Assembly: GCA_051362555.1 (NCBI GenBank) | Contig: CM120640.1 | Span: 44,990,788 to 45,054,787, forward strand | DNA length: 64,000 bases | Direction of reading: 5' to 3' | DNA from: Lingula anatina | Lineage: Eukaryota > Animalia > Brachiopoda | In this document: piece after piece, positions 53,901-64,000 of the stretch | Layout of the letters: each line of letters opens with the position of its first letter | How positions within the stretch are numbered: position 1 is the stretch's first letter | Position numbers and translations under genes: made by a program | The notes under the pieces: generated by a model | Seen by the model: only the letters and a program-made list of their open reading frames with translations | The model's database searches: none | What the model was told of the DNA's origin: nothing

Positions 53901-55107
53901 TGTGGAACAGCAGTAATGCTCATAACTGCCTGTGGTAGATAGGGAGTGCTTTTAGTGATAAAACTTTCTGAGGTGAGGTAGAGAAAATTGAGCTATTCCA
54001 AGTCTGGAAAAATCAGTGAAATAAGTGGTAGATTTTTACCCTTCAGTTCATTATGCTTCTGTACAAGATATATTCTGAACAGTTGTGCACCAATTTAAAA
54101 TACATTTTAGATGGCAAGCACACCATGAATACAGTCTGTAAGTTAATATAAATTTTCAATTGCATCAAAGTAGAAGAATAAAGTAAAAAGATTTTTTTTT
54201 TGAAAACCTCTTTAATGCATGCTTGCATGCAAGCCTGTCATATTTCAGTCACTAACTGGGTCCCTTTTTATTCCAGTAATTTCCCCCCTTTTTGAATTAA
54301 CCACCTATGATACTAGTCATACTATATGTGCACCTTTCAACACAGGTCAGAAGTGTCAATAGGAAGTTGCCTCAGTAAATAAAATTAATCTTACATACAT
54401 TGTAATGTATTACATACAAAAAATGCAAAACCATACAAAAATCTTGCATTGCATCTATTGTGATTAAAAGGACTTATTTTTGTTTTATGAGACATTTCAA
54501 AAGTGGCCAAAAGACAGAAAAATAGGTATATGTAAATTTAAAAAAATATTACTGTCTATATAGAACAGTAACAAAAGCAGGGCTAACATGCCTAAATGTT
54601 CATGTAACCAAGGATAACCAAGGAAGTGGACATCCACTTCCTTGATGTAACTCACAGTAATATAAATTCAACACGATTCCTTCAAATAAATAATTAAAAC
54701 ACAACAAAATGTAACTACAAGTGGGTTTTAGGCCTATAACAATGCAGCAGACTGACATAAACTATGCGTACAAGTACAGCACGAACACGATCGAAAACGG
54801 GCGGTCACAAGCTGGCACGGGCTGGTCGTTTCGCTTTTATTTTAATTAAATGAAAGCGGATCTCACCTCCCCCGCTAATATAGCAAAGGTACGGGAATCT
54901 CCAAACATTTCCCAATCCAACTGCATATCCAACACATGCTAATATGAACTCTAGCTTCTTTCCCCAGTTAGGTCGAACGACATGCTGCTCCACCGGCTTC
55001 TCGTACGGAGCAACCTTACTTTCACCGACAGGTTCAGAAAATTCCTGCATCTCGCTACCGGGGAAATCTTCAAAGTGATCATGTTGGTTTGCTTCGAAGT
55101 ACTTCAT
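41919..55107 (-). CDS. SLC6 sodium/chloride-dependent transporter, probably inebriated (Ine)-like (~606 aa, 13 exons)
   Basis: Minus-strand exons 55107-54867, 52546-52412, 51644-51422, 50896-50764, 49875-49741, 47826-47723, 47275-47151, 46419-46307, 45730-45590, 43961-43862, 43570-43470, 42829-42659, 42017-41919 total 1821 nt, in frame. SNF motifs: [79 protein letters not shown]6 reads [10 protein letters not shown] rather than QIFFSL, as I recall for Ine-type transporters. The subfamily call is less certain than the family. Confidence 0.95.
43223..43432. mobile_element. hAT-like MITE with a perfect 8 bp TSD
   Basis: Ends CAGGGGTTTCCC...GGGATTGCCTTG, flanked by CTTCTGAC at 43215-43222 and 43433-43440. 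Confidence 0.85.
44856..45025. mobile_element. 170 bp MITE (CAGGG...CCCTG) with 5 bp TSD ATTAT
   Basis: TIRs CAGGGACGGAT / ATCCGCCCCTG; ATTAT at 44851-44855 and 45026-45030; closely similar to the 53631 copy. Confidence 0.9.
46637..46842. mobile_element. Palindromic MITE, PIF/Harbinger-like, with 3 bp TSD TCA
   Basis: Arms of ~90 bp: GACCCCATTCAGAATGGATGATC...CACAGTTCAAAAGCGATGCC pairs with GGCATCGCTTTTGAACTGTG...GATCATCCATTCTGAATGGGGCC. TCA lies at 46634-46636 and 46843-46845. Confidence 0.85.
47327..47467. mobile_element. Short MITE with 6 bp TSD TGCATA
   Basis: Ends CAGGCCTGTAGCC...GGCTATGGGGGCCTG with internal G- and C-runs. TGCATA lies at 47321-47326 and 47468-47473. Confidence 0.7.
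53631..53798. mobile_element. 168 bp MITE (CAGGGG...CCCCTG) with 5 bp TSD AATGA
   Basis: TIRs CAGGGGCGGAT / ATCCACCCCTG; AATGA at 53626-53630 and 53799-53803. Confidence 0.9.
54609..54644. repeat. 36 bp palindromic mini-insertion flanked by a 7 bp direct repeat
   Basis: Sequence reads ATGTAAC-[CAAGGATAAC-CAAGGAAGTGGA-CA-TCCACTTCCTTG]-ATGTAAC. Confidence 0.65.
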
Positions 55108-56510
55108 TCTGGCATAAAATGATGGCCCCAAACACTCTATGTTTTCTTATCAATCCTGTGCAAACGATATAGGATTAAAAGAGTAAACAGAACCCTCCGT
55201 ATTCTCCGCACATGTTTACGAAATGCTGAATCACTACCTCAAACACCTATATAACAACAGATCGACCAAAGGGAGCAGTCGTTTTGCAAAACATTATACG
55301 GGTGATTAAAGCAGAGGATTTTTGATACTGCTGATATTTTCATTGATAAACATTCATTTATTTAAAGAAAGAGCTTTCTTATGCCAAAAACAGATTTTAA
55401 ATAGTATATTTTTCGCATTTATTTACAAAGAATCTTAACTGTAAATTTAGATTTTTAACAAAAATGCTCCTCGCACGTTTATTGAGCGATGTGGTAGGTG
55501 CGAACCTACCAGCACTTCAAAAGCATAAAGTATTGCGTTTCCTTGAAATTTGGTCTGTCATAACCATTCTTAGCACATTTGACACTTCTTTTTTGCGGGA
55601 GTAAAAACGCTGTACAATTTCATTTTATTTAATTTTATTGACGTTTTTGGAATTTCCTCCGAAGTAAGTTTGATGGGCCCTAACTTAGATAATAGCAATA
55701 CCTCTTTGAAATAATGAGGGATTGTAAAATGTACGTAGGACTTACAGTGACCGAGCGGACGAATTGTTTGTCCAAGTGGAACTTTTACTAACATATATTT
55801 AAAAGAATAAGTGCTAGAACTATCTGTTCGCACATAGAAAAGGTAAACGGACTAAATTAAAAACCTTTATTACTGGCTCTCGCACCATTATATCACTATC
55901 TCCAATCGATCTAGATTATTTTACTAAAGTAGAAAATATGCAACTTGTCAAGAACTGTAAAAGGTGCCTTTCCATACTGAGGAAGTATAGCACCTAAATA
56001 TACCTACTCATTACAATTCTTAACTATGAGTTCCCCGGAAAGTACACAGGTGAACGGTCCTTGTTCGTGTCATTTATTACCATTAAGTTTTTTTTTTCTG
56101 ATTAATTAATTTTTCTGAGTCGTTGAAAGACAATACTAACACGTTCATCTTTTCTACCAAACGATTTCTTGGAGTGGCGAGAATAATGGTACACTTTAAT
56201 TCTCAGCAAATAAAAGGACCCTGTGAATATGAAATAGGAAATTAACAAATTTAAGACTCAGGAAACGGATATGTAATTCTAATTTCCGATAATTTTTGTC
56301 AGTTTGGTTTTGATGTGATTTATCTTCGTAATTAAGAGTTGAAAATTTCTGAAAAACATAATGTGTTTATTTATTTTACAAATCAATAATGCACCATCTT
56401 TCCTATTTTATGTAAAAAAGGTAGTTGGCACCGGCTAAATACACATTTTTTTGCATCAGCCTTTGACATTTGCATCATTCACAATCACATGTACAAAAAC
56501 ATTTGTTGAG

Positions 56511-56530
56511 GGGAATTCCCGCTGACGTCA
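56511..56530. promoter_or_regulatory. Adjacent palindromic NF-kB-type and CRE/ATF-type sites in the SLC6/TSG101 divergent intergenic region
   Basis: GGGAATTCCC (56511-56520) and TGACGTCA (56523-56530), ~370 bp upstream of the TSG101 ATG. Motif match only. Confidence 0.5.
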
Positions 56531-56901
56531 TTCCTTGTGACCTAGTTGTCATGCGCAGCTGCAACTGAGATAAACAGTTCCTGTTCCCTTAGGAGGTTTC
56601 TTTGCCTAGGTTGGAGCATAAAGTGGGTACTGTATGCAAATCTGAAGCAGTTTATGTATTCGATAGAAGTAAGGTTGCAAACTGATAACAAGCGAACTCA
56701 TAAACACGGACGAAAGATAGACATTTAAACGCTATATAGGGGAAAATTGAACCTTTCACTGTCAGGAATGATTCGTCATTTCAATCTGACGTGAATTGTT
56801 CTTCTTGTCGACATTGATGATTCACATATACAAAAACGTTGACGGTGTTTTGACACATCATTTTAAGCAGAGTTCTACATATAGCAGTTCCTTATTCAGA
56901 A

Positions 56902-59900
56902 ATGGCAGGATCCCAGGGACATGATGCTTATCTCAGGAATGCTCTTTCCAAAGTTAGTATGTTTATACCTTATGGAAGTTCAGAGGTGTTACTGTTAAAC
57001 ATCACATGATAAATACTACATGGTTATTTTATACTTGGTTTAATAATTGTGTTTTTGTATTACATCGTAATTTTATTTTTTGAGCTTTTCTTATGTGAGT
57101 TTTAAAGATTTTCGGACAGCAGAAACAAATCTGAAATGGCCATGGCCCATTAGCATTACTGACTAAAGTTAATCAGTTCTTTGTAACGTTGTATATACAG
57201 ATATAGTACATGTACCTGTTTGACCATATTTGTTGTGTTAGAATTTATCAGATACAAATAGATGCGTATATTATGACATAATATACTTTTTATTTTAGTA
57301 CCAGTATCCAGACCTAGCCAAAAGGGACATTTTGCAAGCATTTTCAAATTTTAAGGATTTGAGACCTAATGTTGACAGTTTTGGTAAGAATTTATGTGAC
57401 TGATATTTAAGTTTTTGAACCAAGTATGAACTTAAAATATTGACTGCATCTCTTTGCCATTTACCATTGGGAGTCTAGGGTGGCACTAGCAATTTTTTTC
57501 GTTTAGCCAAATTACTACTTTTTCATTGCTTTTTTGTCCAATTGGTTTAAATTTGACTAAAATGAGTCATATCAACTCTAATTTGTTTAGCCAATTTCAG
57601 TAAGTTTTAGCATTTGGCTAAATTGGAGAGTGTTAGTGATACCGCAGGGAGTTTTTATGGATGTCCATGCTACAAATTTTCATTTGTTTTACCTATTTGT
57701 AGTCTTCAATGATGGAAACAGAAAAGAGCTGTTGTGTCTTGAAGGAACCATACCAGTTACTTATAGAGGTAATATTGTTATGCATGTGGACATAACTGAA
57801 CATGCTTTTGTAGTTCTCACAATTTTTCTTATTAATTTTTACTTTTCTGAACTTGTGTCTGAAGATGGGTTTACATTAAAGAGAGGTTGACTGATCCTTT
57901 TTGGTATGTGTAGGACTCTTCTCTGTGGATTGTTAAATTGAACTTTTCTTACCATTTTTTTATCTATTGCAATGTCCTTTACTTTGTGTTTATTTATTTA
58001 TTTATTTATTTTTTTTGACTTATCAACAAACTCCACTTTCACAGTTGTTGTTTGCGAACTAGTAACTATGCAGACCAGTGCCAGTAAACAACAGTTTGCA
58101 TTTGATGGTATTTCCTCCAATTTGTGTACATAATTGCATATAGCAAAGTTGTCTTTCCACAATTATATTTAGGTACTACCTATAACATACCAGTTTGTCT
58201 GTGGCTGTTGGAGACCCATCCATATAACCCACCAATGGTGTATGTGAAGCCAACAGCAACTATGCAGATCAAACCAGGGCAACATGTAGATGCCAATGGA
58301 AGAGTGTATCTTCCATATCTTCATGAATGGAGACATGTATGGAACTTTGACTTTTGTTTTTTCCTAGAATTCAACCATAATAAATTGAAAAATAGAATAT
58401 TTATGTTACATTAAGGTTATAAAAGTAAAGTAACACACTGAAACTTATCAGACTTCAGTCATTTTAAAGTGATATGGTGATCTTTTATAATGCCATTTCA
58501 GCCATGTTTTCTTTTACTCACAAAGATTCAGCTAAATTGATCATAATTGTCTATTTAAACAGAATAGAGAATTCATTTTATTCTAGCCGCAGTCAGACCT
58601 GCTTGGTTTAATACAGATAATGGGTATAATATTTGGGGAAAACCCACCAGTATTTGCCAAGAAAACTGGAGGCCCTCCACCTAGGCCAGGGTATCCACCT
58701 GGAGGACTGCCATACCCACTGCCAGGTAGATTGTTGATGATCATATGCACAAATAATATTAATGAAATAAGCGACAATTCTTCTACTTCAATTCCTTTTA
58801 GGCTGGCTGACGTCTGGGGCACCAACAAAGATTTTCCACTGCTCTCTGTCATGATCTGTGACAATCCAAATTTATTTTTCCATGTCTATAAAATCTTTAT
58901 ATACCAATGGTATAATATTTGTATTATCTATGACAAGTTTCTCTGAGCTAAAATATTACTTATTCAGTCAATTTGGGGCTTAAATTAACTTAAATTACCA
59001 ATGAAGTAGCCTTGTGCTTCTTGAGATTAGGTATATATTGACATTTTGTAGTTGCATATTTATGGTGTAAGTTCAAGGTTTCATTTGTGTAACACTTTTA
59101 CATAATATTTATTATTATCCTCCAGATTGTAACTTTTTCTTACAGGTGGTGGCACACCTCCATACCCAATGCAGAGTAAGTGCAATTTGATTTATAAGCA
59201 TAACATCTAGATTCAGTTGCTCTGGAGGTTCAGACAGATGCAACTTGAGTGAAAATTTCTGTTATGTATTGTACATTACATTTTTACTCAACCAAGAAGT
59301 ATATTGAATAACAAAAATACAGCATATGCAATTAATTGGAATGCATGTATGATATGGAGTGATGTTTGTTATGTTTCAAAAACCAAACTGTCAAAGGAAT
59401 TAAAAAAAACAAGCAACATCAAAGGAAAACATATTGTCCCATTTGTTTTGTGTCATTGTTGTATTTGGAAATGTGGAATGGTGTAACTGCATCCTTGTAC
59501 CTTGATTGTTGCATGTTTGTTTGTTTTCTACTTCAGACAGCAGTCAGACACCCTACCCACCTGCATCAACAGGTACAATACACATGTAATTTATTTCTGT
59601 ATTCAAGATATATGTGCACACATTCTTATATTATCATAAAATGTTAGGTAATATGTTTGATCTACACATCTCAAGCATGCCAATATAAGTGACAAGTATT
59701 TTAAAGGAAGAGCTATTTTGGAGTATTTTATCACTTAGCTTTCAGTGTGCCTACATTTATTTGAGTCGCAAATGTATTTCATTTCACCTGTAAACTGTTC
59801 ATAAACACACCCAAAGCTGTTTGAGCAACCACCCATCATTTGCATGTTGAATCTGCATGTTTGTATTTGCTCCAGGTGCTTCCCAGCCCCCCTATCCCAG

Positions 59901-62900
59901 TGCTAATTCTTCAGGTAGTGTTCCCATATATATATATATATTTTTTTTTTTATCTGCCTAGGAGGTTGTCTTTGTCTTTTTTTTTAATAATCTAACTCAA
60001 GAAGTTATGGGTGGATTTTGATAAAAATTTTAGAATAGGTCAGAAGTTGTTTAACTTGAAATTAGATTTTGGTGGTGATACATTAATACTTTAATTTAAT
60101 TACAATGAGAATTGAGCTGCCTTGGCAGAGTTAGGTGCTGCCTTAGTGCTTTTATAGTTATTTATATTTCTAACTGTACTGGCATATTGAACATCTGCTT
60201 AAATTTATCTTCTTATTTTTTAAACTACAGTAATCTTTTGCAAAATGATACCTCATAAGTGACATTGTTAAGTGAGCTGTCATGCATCATTTTATTATTA
60301 AACCAGAGCATATATAAAGTCGTGTTGACAGATTATTTCAACAGTAATATTAAGTGATTGATGTTCATCCTCATAGATCCTGTACTGCAACCTCCTCCAT
60401 CACCAGGTATTTTCATGTGTACTGCAAATATGAGAACAGTTTGCTTCTAGACTCTTTATGCATAGCTTTATATGAAAAATATTATATGAAAAATCTGTAT
60501 GTGCTGTTGGGTCCTGAAGCTTTGACATATGAAATATAATACTAATGGTATGCTAGCAGTGACCTCTAATATGTTGATTTATAGAAAGATATGTCATCAT
60601 AAGCCATAAGGCATGTTTTAAAATTTTTTGGTGGTGGTGTTGTCTCAAAACTTCGTATAATGCAGTATGTTTTTAAAACCAGTAGTCTCTTTTCTGTATA
60701 AAGGAAATTTGATTTTGTCTCCATATGTTGCTTGATCCAATTCATAAAGTGCACCAAAATAACCCACACTAATATATGCTTTTGGTGATAGCATATTTTT
60801 GGTTGTTCATAATAGTAGAAAGATTATTATGGTATTTATATAGAGAGATATATACCTAATGAGGAATTGTCAAGCTATATAGCATTTATGCTGTTTGTTC
60901 CATCAAATATTTATAAAATGCATTGCTGTGTCACTGTTTGTAGGATTCATGCCCATGCCAAGTGTAGGTGGACCAACAAATCCTCCATACCCAGCATACC
61001 AGCCTTCGTATCCTCCTACAAGCTATCCATCTGCTGGTGCAGGATCTGGGGGTTATCCAGGTGGTGGATATGGTGTTTATCCTCCTCAAGGGTCCTCTTA
61101 CCCTGCTACTTCAAGTTACCCAGGAAGCCAGGGGTATCAACCAAGTCAGCCAAGTTTTGCTACACCAACTACTGCAGGTATGAAAGTTTAAGATGAGTGA
61201 AGAAAAGGATGTCTAATTCACTTACTTTTGAAATTGATGGTCATTATACAGTAAAATTGATTACCTTGGCAATTAGTTTAATAAAAAATTGTAAAAAATT
61301 GTGTGCCTGTATGTCAGTCTTCCTGTATACAATGTTTTATGATTTATTTCCACTTTTTGGGCTTGAATAACTTTGATGATGAAAGCAGTGTAAAAACCTG
61401 TCTATTTGCAGCTTTGATTTTTAAAACCTGAAATTGTGACTTTGGTTTAAGGTGGACCTTATAAGATATTTTTTGCTATTAATGTAGCTATGCAACAGAG
61501 TGCAGCAATTTCGGATGAGCAAATCAGGCTGTCCCTTGTTTCTGCAGTTGAAGATAAGATGAGAAGAAGATTAAAAGAGATCTTTGCTCAAGCACAGGTA
61601 AAACACTTTTTAGTATTTTTCAGAAATTTTTAATAGGCTTTTCAAATATTATGAACAAAACGATGTTCAGGGAGATGTGATATATCAGTCTTGTAAGAAT
61701 GTTTGAATTAAAATTTTGTTGTTCTGCAGGCTGAAATGGATGCATTGAAGAAGACGCAAGATGATCTAAACAATGGGAAAACAAAACTAGATGATATGAT
61801 TTCCAGACTAAGAGCAGAACAGGTAGCCTGTTCCTTTGGATATTGTATAAATTATGAACTTGTTATAGAAAACGTTGTTTTTACTTTTCACATTGAAATA
61901 TGAAATCACATTGAAAATGACCTTCTGTTGGTGAAGGTGCATCATAAGATAATATGTATTAAAATTTTACATGCTGTTAATATTCCTACTACAGATAATT
62001 CATGGAAATTGAATATTATATTATGCTTATTTTCAATTCATTTATTGTAGAATGAAGTGGGGAGAAGTTTAGAAATTCTAACAGAAAAGGATAATGAAAT
62101 AAGAGAAGCTCTTAGGAAAATGGAAAGTCAAAATGACTTAAATATTGATGATGCAGTGGTCACCACAGCCCCATTATATAAGCAGTAAGTAAAAGATCGA
62201 CTGAGATTTAATATTCAATTTTGTTTGCTTTCTTATCTTGTCCTATCTGATAACAGAACATAAATTGGCTGTAGAATTGTTTTCTGCACATATCATTTGA
62301 TCTATATTGACAAGCAATAAATCAGTATTTGAATCATATTGCCATAAATATTTATGCTTTATCTGTAGTTTTTTTTTTTTTAGATCAGAATGAATATATG
62401 TATAAATATTTTGATAACTTGTTTTCCTGTTTTCAGGTTGATGAATGCTTTTGCTGAGGAACAATCAATAGAAGATGCTATATATTATATAGGTGAAGCT
62501 CTACGGAAAGGGGTTATTGATCTGGATGTATTTCTCAAGGTGCCTTTAAATTTATTGTTCAACAAAAGTATTTCTATACAAAAATGAAATTGATGCTAGA
62601 AAAAATGTATTATCCTCAGAAATATAGAACACATTTATGTGATAACAAATCTATTTCTTTTCATACCTGGTCCATTGTATAACAGAAAAATTAATTAAGT
62701 TAATTTGTCAGTCATTAACTTTTTCACTGTTTCATATACAAATCAAGATATTTGTTTATGAAACTGTAATCTATACATTGATATGTTGCTTAAAGTTGAC
62801 CTATTGAATAACAGATGATTATCACTTATTTTGCAGCAAGTCAGAGAGTTGTCACGACAGCAGTTCATGCTTAGAGCCCTTATTCAAAAATGCAGGCAAA

Positions 62901-62926
62901 AAGCTGGCTTACCAGAAATAGGATAA
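56902..62926 (+). CDS. TSG101: Tumor susceptibility gene 101 (ESCRT-I Vps23), up to ~467 aa in 15 exons
   Basis: Exons 56902-56952, 57299-57383, 57703-57768, 58173-58336, 58587-58725, 59146-59175, 59537-59572, 59876-59914, 60377-60406, 60944-61177, 61488-61597, 61730-61822, 62051-62184, 62437-62539, 62837-62926 total 1404 nt. They encode the UEV domain (LEGTIPVTYRG..YNIPVCLWLLETHPYNPP..VKPT..HVDANGRVYLPYLHEW), a Pro/Tyr-rich linker, a coiled coil (SLVSAVEDKMRRRL) and the steadiness box (APLYKQLMNAFAEEQSIEDAIYYIGEALRKGVIDLDVFLKQVRELSRQQFMLRAL). Confidence 0.97.
57476..57646. mobile_element. Degenerate MITE in TSG101 intron 2
   Basis: Imperfect TIRs TAGGGTGGCACTAGCA / TGTTAGTGATACCGCA, internal TTTAGCCAA/TTGGCTAAA repeats, and flanks GGGAGTC / GGGAGTT. 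Confidence 0.55.
59951..60159 (+). mobile_element. Short degenerate Helentron-like element (second family) between TSG101 microexons
   Basis: It starts in a T-run with TCTGCCTAGGAGG and ends CCTTGGCAGAG...AGTGCTTTTATAGTT. The sub-terminal repeats are inverted and the tail resembles 35061-35105. Confidence 0.55.
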
Positions 62927-64000
62927 TTGGCAAACAACTACATGCAGAACTGTGCTTTGATGTCTGAATGACTGATAACAATTGTGATAAATCAACTGCC
63001 CTTGCTTCAGCTGATACTTTTAATGATGGATCTTCTAATCAGAAAAAAATCTGATGTTGAATAAAATGTTATTATAATCCATAGAAACCCAAGTCTCCAT
63101 GTTCATATACTGCAGTGGGCGTGCTCTGATAGAGAACCTTTTAGAGTTGACCATATGGAAGACATCGGATGAGTTTCACAAAAGTCAGAAATTAAGAATA
63201 TATCGTATATACCCCAGCCTGATTAGACAATTATTTTGTATAGTTCTGGCATAATGAAATTGTCTTGCTTCAATGAAGCACAGAAGATTTTTCTAGCAGG
63301 TAGGCAAATGCTGTTGGTTCTTTTGAATTTTCTCAATTGATGTATTACGACATCATTGCATGAAAGTTCCATTTCTTTTGTCAAGTATTGGGTAACTTTT
63401 TTTCCTCAAAGATTCCCTAGAAATGTATATTTTCATAAATTTTTACTGAATGGGAAAGGAATTCACAGAAAAGTAAAGTCATATTAACTGCTTTTATTTG
63501 TAAACTATATAGGTAAACTTTGTGATGTAAGTGTTCACATTCATTATTTTCTTGAAAGATGTCAGCATGGTGTAGTGAATAAATTGGAAATTATTATAAA
63601 ATGTATGACAGCCTAATTATATCACTATCTATATGTTTTTGTTAGTTATCTTCTGGAAGTGAAAATTCCTCTTTCATGAGATGATAAAAAGGACAAGTCT
63701 GTTATTTCATCTGTTTTTTATTCATATAAAAGCTAGATTTATTCATAACTGATTAACTGTATTCCCTCTAACTAAACGAAGATTTCGGGTTTATGATGAT
63801 CTATTCTGTATGAATAAAATATAAAATTTTGTGCATGCATGTACAGTTTTACACTTGTGGCTGAAATTAGTTCATTAAAGCACAGATAATGCCTTATACC
63901 ATAAGATGTTAATATAAGCAGAATCTTAGGATAAAGGTTCTCTTCGAGTTGTAAATTTTATTCAATGTTAATGAGGAAAGCACCAAAAGGAGCATAAAAA

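Overview
AT-rich eukaryotic (animal) genomic DNA; the repeat content suggests a mollusc or other lophotrochozoan, which is an inference. I assembled five intron-rich genes by hand from GT-AG boundaries. (1) HPD, 4-hydroxyphenylpyruvate dioxygenase (+, 652-13147, 5' end upstream of the window). (2) A two-exon CCCH zinc-finger gene (-, 14990-17234). (3) An uncharacterised dynamin-superfamily, EHD-like P-loop GTPase with two C-terminal hydrophobic helices (+, 18139-39616). (4) An inebriated-like SLC6 transporter (-, 41919-55107). (5) TSG101 (+, 56902-62926), with a run of four frame-preserving microexons. The introns are full of mobile DNA: a 5.6 kb multi-headed concatemer and a 3.5 kb copy of a non-autonomous Helentron (HINE/DINE-1-like, about 160 bp internal tandem units), a 5'-truncated Penelope-like retroelement with a GIY-YIG frame and a candidate minimal hammerhead ribozyme, and several MITE families with 3, 5, 6, 7 and 8 bp target-site duplications. 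Most short ORFs in the supplied track are repeat-derived or spurious.
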